Positions 1 to 11,619 of a stretch of DNA of 64,000 nucleotides are shown piece after piece. The position numbers were made by a program, and so were the translations under genes. The notes under the pieces are model-generated. The model was not told the origin of the DNA. It worked only from the letters and a program-made list of their open reading frames with translations, and did no database searches. Position 1 is the stretch's first letter. Each line of letters opens with the position of its first letter. Source of the DNA: Laetmonice hystrix (Eukaryota); NCBI GenBank assembly GCA_965235115.1, contig OZ249439.1:18600001-18664000 (forward strand), in the 5' to 3' direction.

Positions 1-1409
1 GATGGAGCCGTATCCAGTGGAGTTTTTGACCGTGCGTGGATAAGAGATTGTCAGTGCAGGTAGCTAGTTGAATAGCAGACACGTTGGAGTGGAATGTGTA
101 TTGTCAGCTGGTTTGTGGCACGCTTATAAACCATGTATCAGTTCCAGATTCTGAGCCTGATATAGTACAACAAAGCGATATTTAAGGTACCTTTTATTGC
201 TGGTAGTTTCAAGTCGACGAACGACCATGTTTCACCACATACAACACTAACGACATCATCACGGTCCATAGTCGCTGTCATATTAATAATGTAAGCCGTA
301 TAGTGCTATAGGCCTACACATGAGGTAAGATATTCATGTATGGAGAGAATTGTTGACCTTCAGCCAATTAATCCACGATAAGCCGGAGGTAGAGGCCAAC
401 GTAGAGGTGCCCAGGTGTGCATGAACATCTATTTACCTGCGGACAGAAGGAAATCGGCAGTAGGTCTGAGCAGTCGGTAACGTCTTCTAACCTACCTATA
501 CCAATGTATAGACATCATCTACAATCAGGCACTGTAATGATGAATGATGGTTTCTTTACACATACACCAGCCTGTGTGTATTATATATATTGAGGTTGCT
601 GACAGTGCTGAGACGAGTAATGAAATGTTATGCCACCACAATGATTAATACATAGGCGCCATGGGGATCAATACATATGGTGGCAAAGCGGAATCTTGGG
701 CCCCGATCTGGAGCAGGCAATAACCATAGGGGCCTGCTCTTTTCAATCACGGGGGATTTGATCAATTGAACCCATTATAGCCATGATACCTGATAGATTG
801 GCAGTTTTGTAATGAATAGCAAATCATGCTGGAAGAGATGGGGGTGAGGGATTGAAGTGAGCTTAAAGAGCGAGCAGGATAAAGTGGTTTATGGCATAGA
901 GAGTGTAATGTGTAAAGGTTAAGGTTGGCAGGGGAGCAAACGTCTATAAGCCGGTGTGAATAGAGAATGCTGAAGGCTGTCGGTGCATAGGATGACGTAC
1001 TGGGTACATAGATCCCCAGCCAACGGGTACAGCCTTCCAAGAAATGATGCATCCCAGTATATGAGATAAACGGGTGCTGGCTCGGGTTATGTCATAAGGT
1101 GGGCGGAGCAGAGGAGGGTGGGCATATAAAACCACCTGTCTCTGCACCCAGGAAGCAACCTCCCATCTTGGAGCCCCGTGAGCATCACTCAGGACCCACC
1201 CAGGCTTGGCTCTCCCCTATACATGTACTCACCTGGTAGAGCGTTTTGTGCCCATCCATGCACAACCCAGCCATCCTGTCTCCCCCAACCCCCAGCCCCA
1301 CATGTTACCGACCCCATCCAACATCTGTTCCCTGACCCCAGGGACCATATATCACCCTGCCAATGACCCTACACCCCCATTATGGCAGAGAGTGTAAACA
1401 TTCCCAGTC

Positions 1410-1620
1410 TTATGGCAGCACGGTCGGCTCGGGACCGCCTCCTTGTGGTAGCCGGGCGGTCCCACTCTGTGTGAACCAAATCTTGTCTTGTCGTGACACC
1501 GCCAGGCCCAGGTACGGCAGCCAGCCCCTATCATGAGTCAGTTGGTGACAGACGAAAGACCATAAATGCCGGTAACCTGGGGCATCAGCGTCAGCAGTCA
1601 CATACTGCCAGGGAGCATAC
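1410..1620 (-). CDS. Candidate terminal coding exon of an unidentified spliced gene ((R)YAPWQYVTADADAPGYRHLWSFVCHQLTHDRGWLPYLGLAVSRQDKIWFTQSGTARLPQGGGPEPTVLP*)
   Basis: Minus-strand acceptor ctaccttcag|G at 1621-1622. The frame stays open for 69 codons to TAA at 1410-1412 and extends ORF 1410..1601. The phase-2 start matches the donor of the 2675-2806 exon. No recognised homology. Confidence 0.5.
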
Positions 1621-2674
1621 CTGAAGGTAGCACCATTTAATGATCTTTATTATGAAGGTGTTGCTGTATGTGTGTTTGTTGATTATAAGGCAAGCATGGA
1701 ATGTTCGCGTGCCGTCATGAAGCCACTTAACATCTTGTTTTGTTTCATCCTGAGTAGAATCGAGGTTAATGTTGCCATGTCATATTTACATGACGTGAAG
1801 ATGAAGCATACAACGTTCTGATATTTAAGCTGGAATGTGGATTGAGATTTGATGTACATTATACGTAGTGAGGTTTATATTGACATTCATCAAATAATAT
1901 AGGGTGAAGCACTCTTTAGTAGCTTTCTAAGGAGCATTAAAGACATTTTTTTGTGACTTTACTGTGAGAAAAAGAGGTTCATTCTTCTTCATGCATTAAA
2001 TTTATTTTTAATGAGATTTAAGGCAGTGACTGTTTGCCTGACGGTGTTGTGTGAAAATATTTAGACTTGGACTCAGATTATCATTAATTGAGTTGAGGTG
2101 CGTCAGGTACGTGCACGTGATGTTAGTCCTTTATTATGTCTCTGATTGTGAGTAGGGAGGTCACAAAGTTAAGTGAACACCAACGTTTTATTACCTCTTT
2201 AATAAAGTATTCATTAGCCTCACGTCCAAGACTGATGCCAAGCGTGAAGTTATGAAAACGTAGGTGTGAGTATGGAAAAACGTTACTCCCGGGGAGGGGG
2301 ATGCATTAACTTGATGGTACATAAATGACGCCAACAAAAAGACATAATAAAAAAAAGTATATAAAAGCAATGCCAGTTATGAAACAGATTGAGATTGGGT
2401 ATGGCGTCACTGGTTTAAGGCTGAAGTATCTACTTGAAGCGTGCCTCCATGCTGCAGTAGTGGTCTATGTCAGTGTCATTTTCACAACGTCCCCCAGTAA
2501 ATGTGTGTGGTGTACTTGACCTCAGGGATGTTAATATAACGGGAAGATCAATATGTAGCTGTGAGGCCCACACCTGACCTTCAACACGATCCACGTATAC
2601 TGGTGGCAGCGCCTCCGGCCGCTCGGGTCGTGTTGGTACCCATTAGGGGGTCAAGGAAGAGAGATGCTCCTGAC

Positions 2675-2806
2675 CTTTTCAATAGCTTCAGGCGGAGGCT
2701 GGAACGACTTGTGGGATTCAAATTTAGGGTTGCTCTGGGATCATCATGTACATTTGTGTGGGGATTAACACAGTCGTCCAGGTTGGGGATCATCTGAATC
2801 ATCAGC
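2675..2806 (-). CDS. Candidate internal coding exon ((K)LMIQMIPNLDDCVNPHTNVHDDPRATLNLNPTSRSSLRLKLLK(R))
   Basis: Acceptor gtacag|G is pyrimidine-poor and donor AAG|gtcagg is moderate. The exon is 132 nt, phase 2 to phase 2, and in frame with both neighbouring candidates. It overlaps ORF 2581..2802. Confidence 0.42.
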
Positions 2807-3230
2807 CTGTACTCTGGTTGACGATGCCAACCGGTGCGATATATACTCAGTCTGGCTCTAACTGAAGGCAGTTGTTACACGTAGAACCGAGCGATGGTAC
2901 AGGAAGCTGTCTGGGATGGACTGAGATAAAGGTACAGAAAGCCAACATGTTAGAAAAAACTGTAACGTAATTGGCGTCATAATGTATTATGTAGAAGTAA
3001 ATCCGATTCAGACAACTTAAATTGTAAGGGGCGCCAGGAATGGCCATGCAGCGAATCGTTGTGACTCGGTTATTAAGTGGCCTTTTATGCGGATTTCCAG
3101 ATGTTAGAGAAAGATGACTTCTGTGTCCCTCAACATTTAGTGAGGAGAGCACGTTTGGGGCTGGTGATGCAGGCAGTATGGCGGAGTACTTTGATGTGGT
3201 GTGATAGTAACCCCCACCATGATATCTCAC

Positions 3231-3453
3231 TTGATATTTGAGTAGTTCTCATTAATCATGGATCTCCGTGTCTGTGGGACTAAAGACAGTCCTAGAAAAC
3301 CGTCGGTTTCATCGCTCTTTGATGGCACACCTTGTACAGCTGTGTCGCAAACAAAGAAAAAGGAAGAAAGGCGGGTGATAGCTGAGATCTGAATGCGCAC
3401 ATTGTCTAGAATGTTCCTAACTATTGTGGACTGAATATTGACATATGTCTCAT
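3231..3453 (-). CDS. Candidate internal coding exon ((D)ETYVNIQSTIVRNILDNVRIQISAITRLSSFFFVCDT...RRSMINENYSNI(K))
   Basis: Acceptor ccatgtcag|AT and strong donor CAA|gtgaga. The exon covers nearly all of ORF 3227..3460, whose stop lies inside the donor site, as expected for an internal exon. 223 nt, phase 1 to 2. Confidence 0.52.
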
Positions 3454-6400
3454 CTGACATGGTTATTTTAAATAACTTGGTAGTATGTCAGTTGTTTTGT
3501 ATGTTTTACTAAGTGCACCGTTTTTTTACAAGGCTTCTGATTTCATGAATGAAAAGTTTCCTACAGAAGGTTCAGTGTCTGCGTCTGATATATCAAAGCT
3601 TGTCGTAAAGAACAGTTATATCATGATATATTAATTTTATGAAATAAATGTATCCAGCGTTGGTAAGACATTGAAACCAGGCGGTTATCTTTGTCCTGTG
3701 CGTCATGCGCCGGTTATATTGATACAAATACTTGATATTGGGAACAATACAAAGAGATGAACGTAGTAATAGATTCAGTGGGTTCATAACGGCAGATACA
3801 ATGTATGTCAATGAGCACCACCGTTCAGCTAATGTTTCTGATAGAAACTCCTCCTGTACAGATCTCTGCAGGATATTTATAGATCAGATAGTGGGCAGCT
3901 AGAAAAGAGTTTGTTGAAATAAGGCAAAAAAAAAGCTACAGGATTAGTGTGATTGAAATAAGAACGCAGATGGCAGTGCAAGACGGATAATCTTAAGGTA
4001 AAACAGGCTGAAGTAAGGAAGGATAATCTGAAGGGAAGCGAGGATGGCCATCGGGTCACGGTGCTGAAGTCGGGTAAGCTGAGCTGCAGGCGCCGCTGTT
4101 GAAGTGCGGCAGCCTGGGCTGCAGGTGGTGTTAATAATGTCAGGATGAGCCGCTTCAGGTAATGCGGCTGATGTGAGGCAGAATGAGGTGTGTTGGTGAC
4201 AGTGACGGTGAGTCAGAGTTATGTCAGGTGAGCATCAAGCAGGTGGGGCGCGTGACGAGCCGCCATCAAGGGCCAGGCTCCATCTATCTTTGATGGCGGC
4301 CGCTCCACCCTCCAGGTGCGCCAGGTATCTTGTATGGATCATCTTGCAAGGCTGGCTGGGCTAGCAGCAGCGGTACAGTACCGGATCAATAGCTACGACT
4401 TGCAAACAGGACAGATTCCTCCGGTTGGTGGAACTGGGTCAAATGATTTGTCAGGTTTTCTGATGAAACAAGAGTAAAGGTCTGCCATGATATTTGGTAT
4501 TTTGTGTGCTGTGGCCTTGAACGTAATGATGATCGTCAAGTTGATGAGTCTAAAGAAGTTAATAATCCAGGAATTATTAGATGGGTCAGAGTGCTCATCT
4601 TATGAATATTATATCAGCATATTACCACCTTTGGCACCTTTTCTCTCATTACTGCAATTATCTCGCCTTGAAAGGAAATAATAATTTGGTAAATACTTGC
4701 TAAACTGTACATTACCGATCTGTTTCTGATCACCTGGAAAATATGCAACTAAAAAGGTTTATTGTAATGAATGATTTCTTCCTTTATGTTTTTGCAGGAA
4801 TGCGAATGCTTCTGTTGATTAAATTACCCCACATTTATTCACACCCCAGACAAAACGCCAAATTGAAATGATTTTATCGACAATTTGGTTACTTTGTCTG
4901 GATCAGAAAATTCAAATTGGACCTTTTCTCCTAACTCAATTGTTCTCGGGTGCTTATCAGATGCGACACTATTTTGAAATATCTGATGCTGATCCCAAAC
5001 ATTGGCTCATTGATCATGTCAGTGATGTGAAATATAGGAATGAGCCGGGCACAGGTTTTGTGTCGATGATAATGACAGACTGATTGTTATCGCTGCTAGG
5101 ACTAATGCTCTTGTGTCCTGGTATGAACGTATACGTATACAGACAACGTGTTCACTCGGGAGAGCTCGTTCCACGTTGTCGCGTGCCCACATGGCGTCCC
5201 TGAAGGAAAGATTGCCGTGTTTCTCTCGCATTCTCTCAGGCGTCAGCATAATCTGAGAACTGACATCAGGACTGTCTCCGCCGCTGGTGACATTTTAGTT
5301 TATTAAAGTTATACGATTCCATTGGTGGTTTGCATGCAGCGAGGACGTTTTGGTGTTCTCCTTAGTGTTAAAGGTATCCGGTGTCTGTTGAGGTCAGCCC
5401 GTGGTAATACGTCCAGTAAGCATGGTTAGCCTGCCTAATGTTGCAGAGTCCGTGCCTGTCGGTATGTCCCCTGCAGAGCTAGATCTGCCAGTAGGTCAGC
5501 GCCTCATTACACCCCGTTCATCACTCAGGTTAATGCAATCAGTGTCCGATGGTCCATCTTGACCAGGAGCCAGGGAACAGTAGGCATTCTCAGGAGGACA
5601 CTTGGTGGACAAGCCAGGATGGATGGATTCTGAGTGGCTACTACTGCTAGTGGTCATCAGAGTGGCCGCGCTCGCTGGCACGGGACAAGGTCCTCCGGGT
5701 AAGGTCCATGAACTAGAACAGAATTCAAAACTTCTATATCAGCTATGATGATCAATCTTTGTACTTCTGAATGGCCAAAATGTTGATTGCAGCAAGAACC
5801 GAGTTGGTCTTGCTCAGTAGGGCAAACCGACTCTTGAGAGGAGGGAGCTTGGTACAACTAGCATATTTTTACGTGGTGTAGACATACAGAAGAGGTTTCG
5901 GTGCTTGTCTGTGAGACATCACCTGGTACTACATGATGCTGGCCGCCATGGCAGGGGACTACCTTAGTTTTTAGTACATATATGTTAGTTTTAACTGTGC
6001 CGGGCACCGAGTGATGTGATGCTGCCGTTGTCGAATCACTTCTACAAGATTGCTAAAACTAAGCCAGGTCTCGAGTACTTATCCACATGACTAAGTTGCT
6101 GTGAGCCATATACTGAGGGCAGAGCCGGGGAACGGTTAGTTACTGCCCCCAGTGATGTGGCAGAAAGAATCTAGAAAACTTGTATCGAGAGGCCGATACG
6201 TACCCAATCCCTCCCACAAAAATAACCTCCTGCCTGAGGGCCGAGTATCCCAGGTGGTCTGAAGGAAAGTACCTCTGTGCCACCAACAGACCTGTGAGGG
6301 AGTTCAGCGACCCGGCGGCAGCACGTCAATGGCTCGATCAGCCATTCAAAGGGCCGTACCTACACCGCCACCCCTGGAGGCGGAGACTGCCGCCGACCAA

Positions 6401-7241
6401 ACCCTGACCCTTCCTCTTCACCTGCTTCCTACAACCTTCATTAAGGCGGCCATTCTCTGGATTTACTCTACATTTATGGCACATAGTGACTGGAGTGTGG
6501 CATCAAGGTCTCATCCGCTCAGACCACTCCCTTTCACTAGTGTTGATCTAAACGTTTCCTGGTCAACATAAGGATCTTGCTCGTGCCAGTGGAACAATGC
6601 CTTCCTCGGAGGGCAACATGAATGGGCGCAAACACATCTAAGCCATGAATTAGGGGGGAAGGAAACATGCCGCTGAAGGGACCGTAGATTGGAGTTAAGT
6701 GCAGGCCGAACTGCTGCCGACTTGTATGTTGGTTCTCCCAGTGTAAGCCACTAACTGAGTTCCTGAAGCTATTCATGCTTCACGTACGCGTAAATATTAA
6801 TTTGCTGAACTTCCCCCAACATTCTTGTTGCCTCGTTTGCACAGAGTCATGTTTGCAGTAGGCTCAGAACACGTGAGCAGGGGTCAGAGGTTGGCCAAAG
6901 GAAATTGGGCAGAAGCGACAGGAAAATAACAGAATTTAACAGCAAATGGGGAAATTGATTTTTACTTCATTGAATATTTTCAGTAAACATCGGCCTCTTA
7001 TGTTAATAAGTAGGTGTCCAGTGGAGACCTTTAATAACAACTTCCACTGTTTGCACCATGTTAAATGTGCATACGAGCGCGTGAACGGTAAGCCGTTCAC
7101 GTTAAATTAGGAAAATTATTTTGGCTGGGTATCACAGATGTGTATTAGTAATATGTATTTTTGTTCAAAATATCAAATATCCGAATAGTTCTGCAGAAGA
7201 GGGGTCCGGTAATCTAAGCTTTCGACGGTAAATCTGGCTAC

Positions 7242-7365
7242 CTGATATTATGTGAGTAGAAATGTCGGTATACAGCAGTGTAAGGAAAGCTATCTCGGTC
7301 GGTCTACCAGAAATGGTTGTTATAACGTTCATGTATTGTGGGAATGAGGTGATTTCCATGAACCT
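7242..7365 (-). CDS. Candidate internal coding exon (RFMEITSFPQYMNVITTISGRPTEIAFLTLLYTDISTHIIS)
   Basis: Strong acceptor tcccctccttgctag|AGG and donor CAG|gtagcc. 124 nt, phase 0 to 1, in frame with the 8315-8493 exon and with the 3231-3453 exon. Confidence 0.5.
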
Positions 7366-7391
7366 CTAGCAAGGAGGGGATTATCGAAAGT

Positions 7392-8098
7392 ACTGAACGT
7401 GAGTGGGAGAGCTGTGAGTTCAGACTGAACGTGAGTGGGAGAGCTGTGAGTTCAGACTGAACGTGAGTGGGAGAGGTGAGAGTGCAGACTGAACGTGAGT
7501 GGGAGAGTTGTGAGTTCAGACTGAACGTGAGTGGGAGAGCTGTGAGTTCAGACTGAACGTGAGTGGGAGAGCTGTGAGTTCAGACTGAACGTGAGTGGGA
7601 GAGGTGAGAGTGCAGACTGAACTTGAGTGGGAGAGCTGTGAGTTCAGACTGAACGTGAGTGGGAGAGCTGTGAGTTCAGACTGAACGTGAGTGGGAGAGC
7701 TGTGAGTTCAGACTGAACGTGAGTGGGAGAGCTGTGAGTTCAGACTGAACGTGAGTGGGAGAGCTGTGAGTTCAGACTGAACGTGAGCGGGAGAGCTGTG
7801 AGTTCAGACTGAACGTGAGTGGGAGAGCTGTGAGTTCAGACTGAACGTGAGTGGGAGAGCTGTGAGTTCAGACTGAACGTGAGTGGGAGAGGTGAGAGTG
7901 CAGACTGAACGTGAGTGGGAGAGTTGTGAGTTCAGACTGAACGTGAGTGGGAGAGCTGTGAGTTCAGACTGAACGTGAGTGGGAGAGCTGTGAGTTCAGA
8001 CTGAACGTGAGTGGGAGAGTTGTGAGTTCAGACTGAACGTGAGTGGGAGAGTTGTGAGTTCAGACTGAACGTGAGTGGGAGAGCTGTGAGTTCAGACT
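7392..8098 (+). repeat. Minisatellite, 22 copies of a 32-bp unit ACTGAACGTGAGTGGGAGAGCTGTGAGTTCAG
   Basis: Read directly. Units start every 32 nt from 7392 to 8064. A GGTGAGAGTGCAG-ending variant occurs at copies 3, 7 and 16, and a GTTGTGAG variant at copies 4, 17, 20 and 21. There are no unique spacers. Confidence 0.98.
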
Positions 8099-8314
8099 TA
8101 GTGGATGCCACACGGGAGGTGAGCAGGGTGGTCGGACCTGAGGTGAGCTGAGCTGTGCAGACCCCGGGAGTTAGGACAAGGACAGAGAGCTGGCCGGGAG
8201 GTCATTGAGACTCCCTCCTCCACCACCACCACCAGCAGCCGGCCGGTGATTGTTTATGAGGCGGCACCTTCCTCAACACCAGCCTCAAGATAAAGGCGCC
8301 ACTAATCGTCTTAC

Positions 8315-8493
8315 GTGGAGGCGAGTGAGCAGGAAGTCGGCAGGCAGAGTGAAGTATTCCTGACATTTCCCGGCACATTTTTGTCCACCAGCTCTGGGAA
8401 TTCCCAACATTGTGCTGATGAGGAGCGGACAGAAGAAAAAGGTGATGTGATTGCGCGCACCGGGATGTTTGCCAGGGAGAAACGAGCACGGCA
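8315..8493 (-). CDS. Candidate internal coding exon (PCSFLPGKHPGARNHITFFFCPLLISTMLGIPRAGGQKCAGKCQEYFTLPADFLLTRLH)
   Basis: Acceptor ggtgctgtcag|TG and strong donor CAC|gtaaga. 179 nt, phase 1 to 0, with many C-ending codons. Lies within ORF 8285..8506. Confidence 0.55.
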
Positions 8494-8566
8494 CTGACAG
8501 CACCATAGAGAGTAGAATTTAGCCGTGTCAGTTTTCGCCTGTCATAAATACAATGTTCAGTGTCAC

Positions 8567-8653
8567 GTTGATGTGCGTCGTGAAAGGCGGCACAAACTAC
8601 AATGGGGGTCACGTGAGAGACTCCAGCTAGTAGCTTTTTCCTGTGGACATCAT
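8567..8653 (-). CDS. Candidate internal coding exon ((D)DVHRKKLLAGVSHVTPIVVCAAFHDAHQ)
   Basis: Good acceptor tttctatatgtctccag|AT but weaker donor AAC|gtgaca. 87 nt, phase 1 to 1, implying a 73-nt intron to the next exon. Confidence 0.35.
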
Positions 8654-11619
8654 CTGGAGACATATAGAAATATGAGCATATAGCACCCGGAATGCAAGGA
8701 GGTGCTTCAAGGGCCTGTGTGTGGCAGTCTGCTTTCACCAGCAATATGTCACTACCATTGTACCAAAGCCGGTATGTAGAAGCTCCATAATGATGATAGT
8801 AGAACTTTATAACACATTAAGATATTACTATTGGCGACTGTGATCAAGTTAAAACGGATGTTTAAAGGTTCACTGTTTATTATGCAGCATAGTGTCCGTT
8901 CCATCGCATGCGATGAATTACATTTTTCCTGAGTCGTCAAAATTTGAATACCTTTAATGTCGAAATGATGTATTGTACTTATTATGCCCAGGAGCGAAGA
9001 GAAGGACAGAGAACATCAAGCCTGGAAGTAGCGGGAGGTAATAGTCGAGCGCTGTGTCCCTGCAGCTTTCATGTATGAAAAGCCTGTCGTTAGATCTTTG
9101 TACAGGGGTGGTGAATGTAGGGGGAGCAGACAGGGTTTCTACATTGATGGCAATTATTGGAATGATAATAGACAGATCTAGGCCAGCTCAGTCCAGTTTT
9201 ATCACTTGTTACAATGTTGCTGGTAAAATAGGCACAAAAATTTGGAGCCCCGAGCTGCCGTTTGGACGGTTCCACTCGGTTGCGTTTAGCAGGAAAAGCT
9301 TGGTGTGTGTTAGATGAATGACGACTGTTTGCCGGTGGGTGGGACGACGGGAGGCGGGTCTGATCAGCTGGGGAGGTGTTACCATGTTAACACAACCAAA
9401 CACACGACCAGGGTAGATAGAACAGATGATAGATCCACTTTATTTATTAGATTGTACGCTGGATATTCCGTATTGACCATCATTACATGACGCCGATGGA
9501 TGTCGTGGTCACACCAACAGCTCACGAGAGCTCACTTTCATACATATTCCAGCAGGACGCCGATAAAGAGGTGTAGCCACACATGAAATATGAAATGGGC
9601 GAATGGAAAAAGTGACTGTTGACATGATATGAGGGTCGTTCTAATGGGTCATAATCACAGGGCTATAGAGGCTGGGGAAATAATACAAGCAGCCGCAGCG
9701 ATCAACGCCGTACTGATGTAATAGCGGGTGGGAATTGGCCGACGCTGTGATATCCCAACGATGCTGGTACATATACACAGAGAACGTTTCACAGCTGCGA
9801 CTGCCGACAACACTTAGCAACAAGTGGACGACTTTAATGTATAGTATTTCATCGTAGGTGTCATCGTTATATGTCATCACGTCAGACAAGTACGGAGTTG
9901 TGGGTGCTGGTCTGGCAATAGGTCACCATTATCATCTGTCCGCATACAGACACAAGTACTCGGATGTGGATTATCTGTCTCTAAGTTAGGATTTCTGTGT
10001 TTGTGTCGATATTCGCAAGAAAATAAAACATGATGCTCCCATGACGATGATGGATGGGGTAATATGTGAAGGGTGCCAAATTTTGCTTACGATATTATGT
10101 GTAGTCATTTGGTCAGGGTTGGAGCGATGCTACCACCCCATAGTTTACGGGAAGTAAATTGTCTATAATTCTATCAATTCAATTTTAATCGTTTGTGACT
10201 GAAGGGAATGGCATGCAGGTTGTCGAATGTACATGTGTAATTGTTGAGACCACGATATTACAATGTGTAGTCTGTAGTAATAATTCTGACAGGATACAGT
10301 ACACGAGGGAATATGCCATCGTTTCTACGTGTATCTCGCTTTATGACCACGTTTTTCTCATGGAGACCCGATTATGTGTAGAAATCATTGAATAATACAA
10401 TTGCGTGGGGGGGGGGGGGGCGCGTCTGAAGTAGATTCGAATCCGTTGGATGGAACTTTCTATTAAACAGGTCTTTACCAGTGATAAATGTGTAAGTGTA
10501 ATTAGCATATTGCTCTATCTCGGGAAATCTGTGGTAGGTAGATCTTACACTGTGACGACCACATACCTGCGCAGTGTAGCCTCCCTGGGGAGCATTCAGT
10601 ATTGATGCTGTGGTTGGTAATGAGCAGTCATTAGTGTATGTGACGGATAGTATGAGCCATTTGGCCTGGCCAGAGAGACTTTGTCTAATCCTACAAGCTC
10701 CTCCCTCTGGTACATTAGTGGGGCACCCACATGGACCCAACCTCCTTTCTACTCAACCCATCCTTCATAGTTAGAGCCTCAGCGGTGAAGACATATCACC
10801 TGGAAGATTCTAACCCCACTCCACAACCTGGGCCAATTTCTGGCTAAACCCCACAAAGGGGATTACCCCTGCCACTTGGATAGTCTGCTTAAATTATTGC
10901 TTACTAGGGGTGCTAAATGAGTCGGTAGCTACGTTGTGGGTGGCGCACGATCCAGGAAGCCATGTGTGTTGTGGGGTAGAGGATCAGTGCCGCGTGATGG
11001 AGGGTGGATGTGCCGTCAGTACGACTTGCCGCAACCAGCGGCCTGAAAAACGCTCAGTCGGTACCGATAGGTGGTGACGGTAGGCAAGGGTCGATGGTCG
11101 CGGGAACCTGCAGTATTGGTCACTCATAAATGGCGTCAGTATAAAGGTGAACAATGAACGAATGATGACAGGACTAGGACCCTTTTATAGATCTACTTTA
11201 GCTTGCTGCAACTGTTAATCCTTTTGTTTGTTTTCTATCTCATTTTTATCGGTGATTTTATGTTCAGTGTTTTTAAATACGTATCCTTGGAGTTTCTTTG
11301 ACGGGGTAATGAATGTGTGTTTTCCAGTACCAACAGCGACGTCGCTTTGCTTTGATGTTTTTTTTAAGTAATAGAAGATAATTGCAGAATTCTGTGTCAA
11401 CACTGGCTCCACTAATTAATTAGGGTCTCCTTGGCTAGCAGTCTTTGCTCCCAGTCGATGTCGGGCACCATGAGTGCCATCAAAAGGCCATCTTCATTAA
11501 CTCTGACCTCGTGATCTGACGTGAGTCAGGCCATCTAGTGTTGAACTTGACTCACTGATAGAAGTCGGTTAGTAATTATCCCGTTCCTCCTACTGAGGAA
11601 CGGGATCTTGAAAGTGTAT

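Noticed and set aside
7392-8098. CRISPR array (32-bp repeat with an internal palindrome)
   Set aside because: Units are head-to-tail with no unique spacers, there are no cas genes, and the context is eukaryotic.
7300-8600. GREB1-like identity for the minus-strand gene (AFHDAH...ITSFPQY versus LIHDHAH...VTSFPYA)
   Set aside because: The resemblance is limited to two short words recalled from memory with different spacing, and other exons show no match. No symbol assigned.
8860-8956. Second TTAAAGG...CCTTTAA Kolobok-like mini element
   Set aside because: The inverted match extends only about 4 bp beyond TTAA before an indel, which is compatible with chance.
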